Shown here piece after piece: positions 9,750 through 21,109 of a stretch of 64,000 nt of DNA; the first letter of the stretch is position 1; every line of letters starts with the position of its first letter. Under the pieces are notes generated by a model. That model made no database searches. It was not told where the DNA came from and saw only the letters and a program-made list of their open reading frames with translations. Both the position numbers and the translations under genes were made by a program. The stretch is from Myxococcota bacterium (lineage in GTDB: Bacteria; Myxococcota_A; UBA9160; UBA4427): positions 1 through 64,000 of the forward strand of contig JAYZFK010000032.1 in assembly GCA_036336835.1 (NCBI GenBank). Direction: 5' to 3'.

Positions 9750-10472
9750 TCAGCTCGCGGCGGGAGGGCCGAGCGCGGAGTCGAGGACGGTGCGGATGGC
9801 GTGGGTCCACAGCGCGTAGCCTTCGTCGGAGAGGTGGAGCCCGTCGAGGAGGAACAGCTCGCGCGGGGGTGGCTCGCCGGCCTCCGCCTCGGCCAGCATC
9901 GGTGTCGCGATGTCGACGTAGTGGAGTAGTGGATCGTTCGCGCAGCGCTCGGCGATCGCGGCGTTGGCGGCGGCCATCGCTGGCCACTGGGCAAAGCGCG
10001 AGCGCGAGGGCTTGATCGCCACGAACAGGATCGGCGCGGCGCTCTTGGCCCGACGCACGAGCGCGACGAAGCGGTCGAAGTCGGCGACGACGCGCGCGGG
10101 GTCCTTGCCGGCGGCGATGTCGTTGTCGCCGGCGTAGAGCACCACCGCTCGAGGCGCGTAGGGCAGCACGATGTGCGAGGCGAAGGTGTTGACGTGATCG
10201 AGGTGCGCGCCGCCGAAGCCGCGGTTGAGCACCCGGTACGGCGCCATGTCGCGCGCGAGCGTCTTCCACATGCGAATGCTCGAGCTGCCGGTGAACACGA
10301 TTGCGCCCGATTCGGGCGGGGCCGCCCGATCGGCCTCTTCGAAGGCGACGATCGCGTCCTTCCAGTACTCCGCGTGCTGTGCGTCATCGAAGAAGGCCCG
10401 CACTGCGAGCGTGACGGCCAGCGCGACGACTGCGGCGCTGCCGAGCGCGATCCACCCCCAACGCTTCCTCAT
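9750..10472 (-). CDS. GDSL/SGNH lipase-like protein
   Basis: FTGSSS, NRGFGG, YAGDND, DGLH; N-terminal TM anchor. Confidence 0.88.
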   Translation of the reverse strand: MRKRWGWIALGSAAVVALAVTLAVRAFFDDAQHAEYWKDAIVAFEEADRAAPPESGAIVFTGSSSIRMWKTLARDMAPYRVLNRGFGGAHLDHVNTFASHIVLPYAPRAVVLYAGDNDIAAGKDPARVVADFDRFVALVRRAKSAAPILFVAIKPSRSRFAQWPAMAAANAAIAERCANDPLLHYVDIATPMLAEAEAGEPPPRELFLLDGLHLSDEGYALWTHAIRTVLDSALGPPAAS

Positions 10473-10502
10473 GTGCCCGGTCTCCTGAGCTAGCGTCGTC
10501 GC

Positions 10503-11354
10503 GTGGCCCATTGGCTCGCTGCCGCGGCGCTCGCGATCGTGGTCCCCGGCATGCTACACGCTGAGGACGACGGTCCGCGCCTGCAGTTCGTCGACCAGGG
10601 GGCGACGCTGCGCTCGCTCGATCTCGCGGCGCTGCGGGAACACTGCGCCGAGCGCCGGGTCGAGGTGGACGACCCGTACTACGAGCGCGCGATGGTGTTT
10701 CGCGCGCTGCCGCTGCCGTGTGTGCTGGAGCTCGGCTTTGGCACCAGCGCCGAAGTGCTCGCGAGCGACGACTTCTCGCTGATCGCACTCGACGGCTATA
10801 TGCGCCCGAGTACCGGCGGCCAGCTCGCCGAGCGGGGTGGGCACCTCGCCTTCGCCGACGCCGCGCTCACGCCCGAGGGTGTGGCGCCGCGCTTTGCGCC
10901 GATCACCCGGCGCGCACTCGACCCCGCGCCGTTCTACTTGATCTGGTCCGAGCCCGGGCAGAACGACCCGCACCGCTACCCGTGGCCGTTCCAGCTCGCG
11001 ACGATCGAGCGCGTGCCCTTCGAACGGCGCCACCCGCACACGCTCCCGGCAGGCGAAGCCGAGGGCTCGCCCGCCTGGCTCGGCTTTGCCGTGTTCCGCA
11101 GCCAGTGCGTGATGTGCCACTCGATCAACGGCGAGGGCGGCAAGGTCGGTCCAGAGCTGAACGTTCCGCGCAGCATCGTCGAGTACCGCCCGATCGAGCA
11201 GCTGAAGCGCTTCATCCGCGATCCCCAGAGCTTCCGCTACACGACGATGCCGTCGCATGCGCAGCTGAGCGAGGCCGAGCTCGACGCGCTGATCGCCTAC
11301 TTTCGTGCGATGAGCGGGCGCAAGCACGATCCCCGCGCGGCGCGGCTTCCCTAG
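10503..11354 (+). CDS. Exported protein with C-terminal monoheme cytochrome c
   Basis: Signal peptide; DPYY..FRALPL, ALDGY, PFYLIW..YPWPFQL N-domain; CVMCH..GPEL..MP. Confidence 0.8.
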   Translation: MAHWLAAAALAIVVPGMLHAEDDGPRLQFVDQGATLRSLDLAALREHCAERRVEVDDPYYERAMVFRALPLPCVLELGFGTSAEVLASDDFSLIALDGYMRPSTGGQLAERGGHLAFADAALTPEGVAPRFAPITRRALDPAPFYLIWSEPGQNDPHRYPWPFQLATIERVPFERRHPHTLPAGEAEGSPAWLGFAVFRSQCVMCHSINGEGGKVGPELNVPRSIVEYRPIEQLKRFIRDPQSFRYTTMPSHAQLSEAELDALIAYFRAMSGRKHDPRAARLP

Positions 11355-11359
11355 CTCGC

Positions 11360-13156
11360 TCAGACGTCGAGGCCGACCTCGCGCATCAGGTCGAGCGCGT
11401 TGCTGCGCTCGACCACGCCCGGACGCAGCAGGTAGTCGAACTCGAGCCTGCCCGCCTCGAGCCGATCGGCGAAGTGCAGGTTGCGCACGCGCGGTGTCAG
11501 CTCGTCGGCGATCTTGGCGAGTGCGAGGTCGTGCGTCGTGACGAGTCCGACGGCGCCTCGCTCGAGCAGATCGCGCACGATCGCCTCGGCCCCGATGCGC
11601 CGGTCGTGCGAGTTGGTGCCGTGCAGGACCTCGTCGAGCAGGAACAGCAGCGGCGCGCCCGCCTCGACGCGCGCGAGCTCGGTGATTCGGCGCAGGCGCA
11701 CGAGCTCCGCGTAGAAGTGCGAGGTGCCGGTCTGCAGCGAATCGACGATGCGAAGCGAGGCCCCCGCGGCCAGCGGCGAGAGCCGTAGCCGCCGCGCACG
11801 CACCGGAGCGCCGGCCTGTGCCATGGCCGCCGCGACGCCGACCGACCGGAGCAGTGTGCTCTTGCCCGACATGTTCGAGCCGCTGATGATCGCGATCGGC
11901 TCCGGGGCAACGAGCCGCAGGTCGTTGCGCACGCAGCGGGCTTTGGGGATCAGCGGGTGGCCGAGACCCACGGCGTCGAAGACCGGCCCGCTCGCGCCGT
12001 CGTCGAGCTCGGGGAAGGGATCGTCCGGGTGCTCGCAGGCGTAGGCCCCGATCGAGGCGAGCGCCTCCAGCTCGCCCAGCGCTTCGAGCCAGCCGGCGAC
12101 GTGAGGGCCGCAGCGCGCTCGCCAGGCCTCGCCCGCGAGCGCGCACTGGCTTCCCCAGCAGAGCAGGCCGCCGATCGGTGCGAAGAACTGGTTGCGCATG
12201 GCATCGCGCAGGTCGCCGAGCCGGCGCAGCCGCCGGATCTCGAGCGACGCCGCGCCGTCGCCGGCGACCAGTCGCTCGCGGAGCGCCGAGAGCTTTGGAT
12301 CGTCGAAGCGCTCCTGCTCGAGCCGCGCGAGCAGCTCGGCCATCAGTCCCAGCGCACGGGTGGCGAACTCGAACCCCCGCGAGGCTTCGCGCACGCGCTT
12401 GCGCAGAGACAGGACTGCGAGCGCTTGTGCCGCGATGCCGATGGCGAACGCTGCCGGCCCGAAGCCGGCGATCCAGGCGGCGATGCCGGCCAGCGTGAGG
12501 CTCGACAGGCCGGCCAGGGCGAGCCGCAGCCCCCGCGCCCCGGTCCGTCCGGGAGCGACCGCCCAGCGCACCAGGGGGGCCGGGTCGAGGCGCTCGCCCA
12601 CGTCTTCGCCGAGCGATGCCAGGTCCTCGCGCAGATCGATGCGTGCGGCCAGGCAGGCGACGGCCGCCTGGCGCGCGCGCAGCTCGCTCGGCGGGGCCGG
12701 CGTGCACAGCCACTGCGCGAGCCGCGCCTGGCCGACCGACGTGCGGGCGGTCGAGATCAGCTCGAACAGCGAGCCCGCGCCGAACAGATCGAGATCGTCC
12801 GCGTAATCGTGGTCGGCCGGGCGCCAGGGCTCGCCCGCGTCGCCAGTCGCAGAGCCGTCGTCGCGCAGCCGCGCGAGCCCGCGCTCGTAGTAGGCGACGG
12901 CCAGCCGAAGCCTGGCCGTGCGTCGCAGAGTCCGGTCGTGCGCGACCGCGAGCAGCACGAAGCCGACCACGGGGGGGCCGGGTGTCCACGGCGCGAGCGT
13001 GTGCGGCCCATAGGCGAGCCAGAGCGTCGCCAGGCCGAGCAGGAAGACGGCCAGTCGTGCGTGCGAGATCCAGCGGGCGCGCGCGTCGAGCCGGGTCGCC
13101 TCGCGACGCCGCTCCGCGAGGCGGCGCTCGTACTCTGCGGTCGCGTCGTCGCTCAC
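11360..13156 (-). CDS. Membrane-anchored MutS-like ATPase (domain V)
   Basis: GHPL, SGSNMSGKST, SHFYAE, LLDEVLHGTNS, TTHD; two hydrophobic hairpins; GTGA overlap with thiD stop. Confidence 0.85.
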   Translation of the reverse strand: MSDDATAEYERRLAERRREATRLDARARWISHARLAVFLLGLATLWLAYGPHTLAPWTPGPPVVGFVLLAVAHDRTLRRTARLRLAVAYYERGLARLRDDGSATGDAGEPWRPADHDYADDLDLFGAGSLFELISTARTSVGQARLAQWLCTPAPPSELRARQAAVACLAARIDLREDLASLGEDVGERLDPAPLVRWAVAPGRTGARGLRLALAGLSSLTLAGIAAWIAGFGPAAFAIGIAAQALAVLSLRKRVREASRGFEFATRALGLMAELLARLEQERFDDPKLSALRERLVAGDGAASLEIRRLRRLGDLRDAMRNQFFAPIGGLLCWGSQCALAGEAWRARCGPHVAGWLEALGELEALASIGAYACEHPDDPFPELDDGASGPVFDAVGLGHPLIPKARCVRNDLRLVAPEPIAIISGSNMSGKSTLLRSVGVAAAMAQAGAPVRARRLRLSPLAAGASLRIVDSLQTGTSHFYAELVRLRRITELARVEAGAPLLFLLDEVLHGTNSHDRRIGAEAIVRDLLERGAVGLVTTHDLALAKIADELTPRVRNLHFADRLEAGRLEFDYLLRPGVVERSNALDLMREVGLDV

Positions 13157-13938
13157 GTGAAGCCGAGCAGCCGCGCGCCGCGGCCCGGAGCGTGGGCGGT
13201 GCGCAGGCCCTCGACGACGAATTGCCGACCGGCCATCACCGCGTCGTAGAGCGACGCGCCCTTGGCGAGCTCGGCCGCGATTACCGCCGACAAGGCGCAG
13301 CCGGTTCCGTGTACCGGTCCCGCATCGATGCGTTCCCCCTCGAGCCAGTGCAGCGCGACGCCCGACTCCTCGTCGAGCGCGAGCAGATCGTCGGGCGCAC
13401 CGCTGCGGTGTCCACCCTTGATGAGGACCGCGCGCGCACCGAGGCGTTCGATCAGCTCGCGCGCCGCGCGCTCGCAGCCCGCCGTGCTGGCCGTGGCGAC
13501 GCCCGTCAGGGCCTCCGCCTCCGCGAGATTGGGTGTGACGAGCGTGGCGCGCTCGATCAGGGCGCCCAGCGATTGCCAGGCCCGGCGTTCGAGCAGCGGC
13601 GTGCCGTCGCTCGCCTCGAGCACCGGATCGAGCACCAGTGGCACGGCCGGGTCGAGCTCCCCGAGGCCGATCAGCACGTTGCGCACGATGTCGTCGGTCG
13701 CGAGCATGCCGAGTTTGACCGCAGCCGGTCGTACGTCGCGCAGCAGGATCCGGATCTGATCGAGCACGACATTGGGGAAGGCAGGCAGCGACTGGTGGAC
13801 GCGCCCGGTGTCCTGGACGGTCAGCGCCGTGACGACGCCCGCGCCGTGAACGCCGCGAGCCCGCAACACCTGCAGATCGGCCTGGAGCCCGGCACCGCCC
13901 GTCGGATCGGAGCCCGCGATGGTGAGTACGGTTCGCAT
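13153..13938 (-). CDS. thiD: Hydroxymethylpyrimidine/phosphomethylpyrimidine kinase
   Basis: LTIAGSDPTGGAGLQAD, TPNLAEA, IKGGH, HGTGC. Confidence 0.93.
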   Translation of the reverse strand: MRTVLTIAGSDPTGGAGLQADLQVLRARGVHGAGVVTALTVQDTGRVHQSLPAFPNVVLDQIRILLRDVRPAAVKLGMLATDDIVRNVLIGLGELDPAVPLVLDPVLEASDGTPLLERRAWQSLGALIERATLVTPNLAEAEALTGVATASTAGCERAARELIERLGARAVLIKGGHRSGAPDDLLALDEESGVALHWLEGERIDAGPVHGTGCALSAVIAAELAKGASLYDAVMAGRQFVVEGLRTAHAPGRGARLLGFT

Positions 13939-13998
13939 GCGGCCGGATGGTAAGATCCGCCTCCACCTCGTGCATCCGAGAATCGGGACCCCGGACGA

Positions 13999-14712
13999 AT
14001 GATTGCCTCGCGCCTCACAGTATGGACGGCGGCCTTGGCCCTGTGTCTGGCGCAGGGGTCGGGGGTCGCGCGGGCAGATCCCGACAAGGAGGCGGGCGCC
14101 GCCGAGCCGGCCACCAGCTGGTACGCCGCGTCGATCGCGCGGTCCGGAAGCAACTTCCTGATGACCCACTACTGGTCGAAGGGGAGTCGGTTGCGCAGCG
14201 AGACGGTTGCGGGGGGGCGTCGCCTGATCACGATCGTCGACCAGACGACCTACTACGTGATCGATCCGACCAGCGCCGATGCCCTGGCGATCGAGCGAAG
14301 CGCGCTCTCGATCGCCGGGGACGCCCGGCGGGGGCGACCCTTCGCCGACGAGCTCGCCGTGCTGCTGCGAGCCGGGGGCGAACGCGTTGGCGAGGAGGAG
14401 ATGGGGGGGCAGAAGGTCGATCGCTACCAGCTCACCAACGAGGCGGGTCGCGTCCAGATCTGGGTCCGATCCGAGCTCGGTCTGCCCGTGCGCGTCGAGC
14501 GCTACGTCCGGTCTTCCGCCGTACGCGAGCAGACCGACTACCTGAACTGGCTTCGGAACCTGCCGATCGCCGACTCGTTCTTCGAGCCGCCCAGTGACAT
14601 CGAGATCGAGCGGATCGGCTACGAGGACTACGTCAAGCGCTCGATGGCCGAGCGCCTGGGCCCCGCTCCGCCGTTCTACGCCCACCTGCTGCACGGCGAG
14701 CCGGAGAGCTGA
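13999..14712 (+). CDS. Exported hypothetical protein (LolA/DUF4412-like beta fold possible)
   Basis: Signal peptide; G.E.MGG..VDRY, IWV....GLPVR, FFEPP pattern. Confidence 0.6.
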   Translation: MIASRLTVWTAALALCLAQGSGVARADPDKEAGAAEPATSWYAASIARSGSNFLMTHYWSKGSRLRSETVAGGRRLITIVDQTTYYVIDPTSADALAIERSALSIAGDARRGRPFADELAVLLRAGGERVGEEEMGGQKVDRYQLTNEAGRVQIWVRSELGLPVRVERYVRSSAVREQTDYLNWLRNLPIADSFFEPPSDIEIERIGYEDYVKRSMAERLGPAPPFYAHLLHGEPES

Positions 14713-14718
14713 GGCCTC

Positions 14719-15525
14719 TCAGCGGCCGCTCGCCCCGTCCGTTGCGCGCAGGAACTTGGCAATCGTCTCGGCGACGGCTGCGGGCTGCTCGGCCTGGAGC
14801 ATGTGCGCGGCGCCCTCGATCTCCTCGCACTGCGCGTGCGGCAGCAGCGCCTGCCAGTGGCCAGCATAGGCCGGGGGAATCAGTCGGTCGGCGCTGCCCC
14901 AGACGATCAAGGTCTCGGCCGCGAGGCGGTAGAGACGCTTGGACAAGCGTCGGTTCGGAATCGGAAACAGGACCTTGCCCGCCGTGCCCAGGCGTCTCGC
15001 GTTGCTCACCATGAAATCGGTGAGCGCGCCGTCGTGCGAGAAGTCGAGCCCCGCGGTCAGCACCTTCTGGCCCTGCTCGGCGTCGCTGAACAGCAGCTTC
15101 GAGAGGTGGAAGGGGGTCGTGGCAAACACGTCCTCGATCGGCGACTCGTCGTGCCACAGTCCGTACGGCGCGAGCAGCACCAGGCGGTCGACCGCGGCGC
15201 TGGCCAGACTGGCCATTTCCGCGGCGATCATGCCGCCGAACGAGTGGCCGACCAGGTGCGGTCGCTCGAGCTCGAGCGCCTCGAGCACGTCGAGACCGTG
15301 GAGCGTGAAGTCGAGCATGTCCTCGATCCGCTCTTCGCCCTCTTCCTCGCCATAGCCCGGCCACACGGGTGCGTGCACGCGGAACTGTTCGGCCAGTCGG
15401 TCGAGCAGCGGCTCCGGGTCGAGCAGCCCGGAGATCCCGTGGAGATAGACCAGGCTCGGCCCGCTGCCCGCCTCGCGCACGCGCACCCGGATGCCCTTTC
15501 GCGTCTCGATCGTCCGCTCCGCCAT
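14719..15525 (-). CDS. Alpha/beta-fold hydrolase
   Basis: YLHG, GHSFGG nucleophile elbow, WGSAD, AAHM; 1-nt overlap with upstream LLM gene. Confidence 0.9.
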   Translation of the reverse strand: MAERTIETRKGIRVRVREAGSGPSLVYLHGISGLLDPEPLLDRLAEQFRVHAPVWPGYGEEEGEERIEDMLDFTLHGLDVLEALELERPHLVGHSFGGMIAAEMASLASAAVDRLVLLAPYGLWHDESPIEDVFATTPFHLSKLLFSDAEQGQKVLTAGLDFSHDGALTDFMVSNARRLGTAGKVLFPIPNRRLSKRLYRLAAETLIVWGSADRLIPPAYAGHWQALLPHAQCEEIEGAAHMLQAEQPAAVAETIAKFLRATDGASGR

Positions 15526-16808
15526 TACAGGGACTCCGGCGCGATGCGATGCGCGTGCGCGTCGCGCTCGCCGCCGGGCAGCGAGTCCTCCGCGCGGACC
15601 CGCCCTTCGTAGGGGTGGATCCACCAGCGATCGTCGTCCTTCCAGTCGGCGGACCAGATGTCGCGGAGCTTCGGCATTACCTGCTCGGCGAACAGCTTGG
15701 TCGAGCGTCGCGTCTTCCAGTCCGGCATGTTGCCCATGTGGAAGAGCCCGAAGAGGTGGCCGATGTGCAGCGACCGGATCATGTCCTCACAGCGCTCGCG
15801 CACCGTATCGGGGCTGCCGGCGATCACGAAGCCCTTGTCCACCAGGTCGCCCCAGGTGAGGTTCGCGAAGATCTTCTGCGACTCGGCGCGCAGCTGATCG
15901 AGCTTGCCCGCCTTGATGGTCTTGATGGTGCGATAGCCGGGCGGATCCGAGAAGTCGGGCGCCACGTGAAGGCAGCGGTTGAAGAAGTAGAGCATGTGAT
16001 CGGCGTACAGCTCTTCCGCCTGGGCGTCGGAATCGGCCACGCAGATGATCTGCGCGAAGGCCCCGCGGAAGGGCGACTCGTCGGGTGCGATCGCCGCCAC
16101 CCGCTCCCAGTATCCGTCCATCATCGCCCGGCCCGCGATGTAGCCGCCGAATGAGAGGTACGAGTAGTTGTAGTCGTGGGCCGCGCACCAGTCCCAGGTC
16201 TCGACCGAGCCGCCGCCGGGAATGTAGATGGGTGGATGCGGCTTCTGAATGGGCTTCGGCCAGCAGTTGACGTAGCGCAGCTGGTTGTACTTGCCGTCGA
16301 AGGCGAAGGGCTCGTCCTCTGCCCAGGCGCGTTTGATGAGATCGTGCGCCTCGTAGTACTTGTCGCGCGTGAGCGCCGGGATCTGGCCGTAGCAGTGGTT
16401 CGTGTCCATCGGCGAGCCCACCGGGAAGCCCGCGACCAGGCGCCCGCCGGAGATCACGTCGAGCATCGCGAACTCTTCCGCCACCCGAATCGGCGGGTTG
16501 TAGAGGGCGATCGAGTTTCCGATCACGCAGATCGCGGCGCGCGATGTCCGGCGCGCGAGACTCGCGGCCATGATGTTTGGCGAGGGCATCAGCCCGTAGG
16601 CGTTCTGGTGGTGCTCGTTGACGCCGATGCCGTCGAACCCGAGCGAATCCGCGTACTCGAGCTGATCGAGGTACTCGTTGTAGACGCGGTTGCCCTCGAG
16701 CGGATCGTAGAGCTCGCTCGGGATGTCGACCCACACGGAGCGGTGCTTCTCGCGAAAGTCGTCGGGTAGATGCGGCCACGGCATCAAGTTGAACCAGGTG
16801 AACTTCAT
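15525..16808 (-). CDS. LLM-class flavin-dependent oxidoreductase (luciferase-like)
   Basis: GFDGIGVNEHH, PIRVAEEFAMLDVISGGR, PKPIQKPHPPI, AGSPDTV. Confidence 0.93.
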   Translation of the reverse strand: MKFTWFNLMPWPHLPDDFREKHRSVWVDIPSELYDPLEGNRVYNEYLDQLEYADSLGFDGIGVNEHHQNAYGLMPSPNIMAASLARRTSRAAICVIGNSIALYNPPIRVAEEFAMLDVISGGRLVAGFPVGSPMDTNHCYGQIPALTRDKYYEAHDLIKRAWAEDEPFAFDGKYNQLRYVNCWPKPIQKPHPPIYIPGGGSVETWDWCAAHDYNYSYLSFGGYIAGRAMMDGYWERVAAIAPDESPFRGAFAQIICVADSDAQAEELYADHMLYFFNRCLHVAPDFSDPPGYRTIKTIKAGKLDQLRAESQKIFANLTWGDLVDKGFVIAGSPDTVRERCEDMIRSLHIGHLFGLFHMGNMPDWKTRRSTKLFAEQVMPKLRDIWSADWKDDDRWWIHPYEGRVRAEDSLPGGERDAHAHRIAPESL

Positions 16809-16917
16809 GGGATGACTCCATCACGATCGTGCAGCGCGAGCGCGCTGGTTCGGGGCCTGCTGCAGTCGGCCATTCTCCGACGGCGTCGGGGCGAATTACA
16901 ACCCGATTCGCGCTCGC

Positions 16918-18021
<1,104 letters not shown>

Positions 18022-18119
18022 GACGTCTCCTCGCGTTTGCGAGCGGCGGCTGAGTCTAGCCCGCGGCGGGAAATCCGGCGCTACGTTTCCGTCCGCGTTC
18101 CCCTCAGCGCGAGGCCGCC

Positions 18120-19178
18120 GTGACTGATCTCGACGAGGCGCTAGAGCGCTTCCAGCGGACGGCTCTCGAGTACGGCCCCGGGCTGTCGAACCACGGACCG
18201 ATGGCCGCCGAAGCCATCGTGGCGCTCGGGCACCCGGCGCTGCTCACCGGCTGGGTCGATCTGTACGCGCCGCGTCTGCCGCCGTTCGAGCCGGGCCGGC
18301 CGCTCGAACCGCGCGAGCGCCGCGCAGCGTTGGGCGATGCGACACGGATCCCGGACTGGGTGGCAACCTATCAACGCGAGCTCGAGGGGCGCGACTGGCG
18401 CGAGCTGCTGTGCGCCGCGCTGCCTGGGCTCGGCCCCGGCCTGTTCGCCGGCGCCACCCACGGCTGGCTGCGCGTCGCACACGCGGTGCGGGCGCTCGGA
18501 CGCGGTGAGACCGAGCCGCGCCGTCGCGAGCTCGCCTTCGGGCTCGGCTACTGGGCGGCCCGCTTCCAGCGGCTTCCGGGGACGCCCGGGGCGAAGCCCG
18601 CGAGGAGTCCCGCCGAGGTGCTTCGCACGCTCGAGCCGGTCGCGCCCTCGCGACGCCGGCCCGGCCTGTTCTTCGAGGCGGTGCGGGGGCTCGACGAGCA
18701 TCCGGGGTTCGCGGACTCGATCGCTTCGGTCGCGCTCGCTCCCGCGGACGCCGACGCGTGGATTGGCGAGCTGTGTCGCGAGGGAGCGCGGCTCTACCTG
18801 GGCAACCCATCCGCCCGAGTCGCCTATGCCCACGCGGTCACCGCCCCGAGCGCACTGCGCCTGGTGGCTCCGCTGGTCGAGCGGGGGACACTGCGCGCGC
18901 TCGCTGGCTTTGCCTTCCAGGCGAGCTGTGCACTGCACGCCGTGCAGTCCGGACCGCAGGCGGCCGAGGCGTCGCCCTCCGACGAGGTTCGACGCCTGGC
19001 CGAGAATCCCGACGAGATCCGCTACCGCGCCGCCTGCTCGCTGCGCGAGCACGCGATCAAGCTGGCCGAGGCGTGCCTGCGCGAAGACGCGATCGCACCC
19101 GACCCCGTGCTGCGCCTGGCGGCTGCCGATGCCGCCATCGAGCTCGAGGGCGCGCCCGCCTGGCGCGATCGGGCCTGA
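18120..19178 (+). CDS. Questin oxidase-like (DUF4243) protein
   Basis: LSNHGPM, THGWLRVAHA, HAVTAPSA, EHAIK motifs. Confidence 0.75.
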   Translation: MTDLDEALERFQRTALEYGPGLSNHGPMAAEAIVALGHPALLTGWVDLYAPRLPPFEPGRPLEPRERRAALGDATRIPDWVATYQRELEGRDWRELLCAALPGLGPGLFAGATHGWLRVAHAVRALGRGETEPRRRELAFGLGYWAARFQRLPGTPGAKPARSPAEVLRTLEPVAPSRRRPGLFFEAVRGLDEHPGFADSIASVALAPADADAWIGELCREGARLYLGNPSARVAYAHAVTAPSALRLVAPLVERGTLRALAGFAFQASCALHAVQSGPQAAEASPSDEVRRLAENPDEIRYRAACSLREHAIKLAEACLREDAIAPDPVLRLAAADAAIELEGAPAWRDRA

Positions 19179-19247
19179 GACTCGAACGAGCACACGCGCG
19201 CAGCGGTTCGCGCGGCTCGAAGACTGCTGAGCCGGGCGCCGCGGGGC

Positions 19248-20213
19248 TCAGGCGCTCCGGGCCTCGGCCGACGCCGCGGCACGCAGGACACCCGCGTAGC
19301 CGCGGCACACGAGCGCGCGGTCGAGCACGCCGCGCTCGCGCAGCATGCGGTGCATCCGCGGCAGGGCGTAGTGCGGAACGGTCATCAGCAGGTGGTGTTC
19401 GAGGTGATAGTTCACGCGATTCGGCGCGATCAGCAGCCGTTCCCAGGGGCGCGCGATCGTCGTCCGCGTCTGTAGCAGCTCGTCGGTCGGATCCGGCGGC
19501 ATCGAGTGCTCGGCGATCGAGCGGATGCGTGTGACGAGCGGGTTCCACGTCAGGTAGGCGCCCACCCACAGCAGATACAACCACGGGTGACCGGCGAGCG
19601 TCACCACCGCCAGCAGTGCCCCGTTGGTGATCAGCATGCCGCGGAAGCAGTGGTTCGCCAGACCGCGGCGCAGTCGCTCGAGCCCGCTTCCCTCGCTGCC
19701 GAGATCGCGTTGCGCGGCGAAGCGCAGGAACTTGAGGCCGCTGCGCCCCGACAGGTCGCGGCCGACCTTGCGCCAGAAGCTCGCGCGGCTGATCGGGAAG
19801 GGCGTAGCGAGGGCGAGGTCGGGATCGTCGTCGGTCCAGGTCTTCGCGTGATGGCGCAGGTGGTAGCGACGGTAGCCGTAGAGGTCGCTCCAGATCGGGT
19901 AGCAGGCCAGCCAGCTCACGGCGCCGTCGTTGGTGCGCGGGTTCGAGAAGAAGGAGCGGTGCGCGGCCTCGTGCACGATCACGGCGAGTCCGAGCTGGCG
20001 GGTGCCGATGATTGCGATGGCGACGACGATCGTGAGCGGGTTGGGCCAGCTCGCGGCGAGCGCCATCGCGCCGGCGATCAGACCCCAGTCGACCGCGAGC
20101 GTGAGCCAGCTGCGCCAGTCCCGCATGCGAACCAGATCCCGGATCTCGGCGGTCGAGAAGGCCTCGTGCCAGCGGCCCGGCCGGAGCGGGGCCTGCTCCG
20201 TGGTGGACGTCAT
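19248..20213 (-). CDS. Membrane fatty-acid desaturase family protein
   Basis: His boxes HEAAH, HLRHH, HLEHH plus RSIAEH. Confidence 0.9.
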   Translation of the reverse strand: MTSTTEQAPLRPGRWHEAFSTAEIRDLVRMRDWRSWLTLAVDWGLIAGAMALAASWPNPLTIVVAIAIIGTRQLGLAVIVHEAAHRSFFSNPRTNDGAVSWLACYPIWSDLYGYRRYHLRHHAKTWTDDDPDLALATPFPISRASFWRKVGRDLSGRSGLKFLRFAAQRDLGSEGSGLERLRRGLANHCFRGMLITNGALLAVVTLAGHPWLYLLWVGAYLTWNPLVTRIRSIAEHSMPPDPTDELLQTRTTIARPWERLLIAPNRVNYHLEHHLLMTVPHYALPRMHRMLRERGVLDRALVCRGYAGVLRAAASAEARSA

Positions 20214-21103
20214 GCCAGTGCTCCTTCGTTCGGTGCAGCGTGGGGCAGGGCGCGTGCGGCGTCGCCGACCCGCGCGTCGACGGGCGCGCGCTGGTGCACG
20301 ACACCGTATTCCGCGAGGAAGTCGGCCCAGCAGGCCCGGCCCGCGAGCTCGTAGCGGCGGGTGGCATCGACCAACGCCGCGAGCGCGCCGCGCTCGACGA
20401 TCGGGTGCGGCAAGAGCGGGTCGAGCGCGATGCTGCGGATGGCGCGGCCACCCAGCAGGAAGCTCTCGACCATTGCCGGCTCGACGGTAAGCGACCGGAG
20501 CCGTGCTTCGCCGCGCGCGAGCTCGTCGCAGAGGTGCGCATAGGCGGGGGCGAGCTTGTTGGGACGCCACAGCGCGCGGGCCGCTCGTTCTCGCCCGGCG
20601 TCGAGCTCGCACAGGCCGAATACCGGGCTGGCGGCGCTGAGCCCGAGCTCGCAGAGCGAGCTGCGCGCCGCATCGACTCCGCCAATCAGGTTGTCGGGCC
20701 GCAGGCAGAGCCCGCTCTCGAGCTCGCGAAAGCCGTGCAGCAGCAGCGCGCGCGCGTCGGCACGTCGCTGCCTCGCGTGGCCTCCCCGGCCCGGCGCGTG
20801 CACGGCGATCCAGCTGCCGCCTCCGGTGCTCGTCACGTTCCAGTCGCCCATTCGCCGGTGCGCGTGTCGCCACGACTGGACGTGGCCGTCGACGGCCTGG
20901 GCCGCGTCGCCGAGCCGATAGCGGCCACGGGCGTCGCGTTCGACCTGCCCGGTCGAGCACACCCGGGCGAGGCTCACCCGCAGACTGTTGGGGGTGATGC
21001 CGAAGAGCTCGCCGGCCGCGACGAGTGCCCGCACCGGCATCGCTCCGCGGCGCAGGGTCGACAGCAGATCGAGGATCAGGCTCTTCGGTGAGGGTCGCGT
21101 CAC
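20210..21103 (-). CDS. PaaX-family transcriptional regulator
   Basis: N-terminal wHTH (LFGITPNSLRVSLAR..GRYRL), RPDN, DPLLP. Confidence 0.85.
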   Translation of the reverse strand: MTRPSPKSLILDLLSTLRRGAMPVRALVAAGELFGITPNSLRVSLARVCSTGQVERDARGRYRLGDAAQAVDGHVQSWRHAHRRMGDWNVTSTGGGSWIAVHAPGRGGHARQRRADARALLLHGFRELESGLCLRPDNLIGGVDAARSSLCELGLSAASPVFGLCELDAGRERAARALWRPNKLAPAYAHLCDELARGEARLRSLTVEPAMVESFLLGGRAIRSIALDPLLPHPIVERGALAALVDATRRYELAGRACWADFLAEYGVVHQRAPVDARVGDAARALPHAAPNEGALA

Positions 21104-21109
21104 GTCTGT

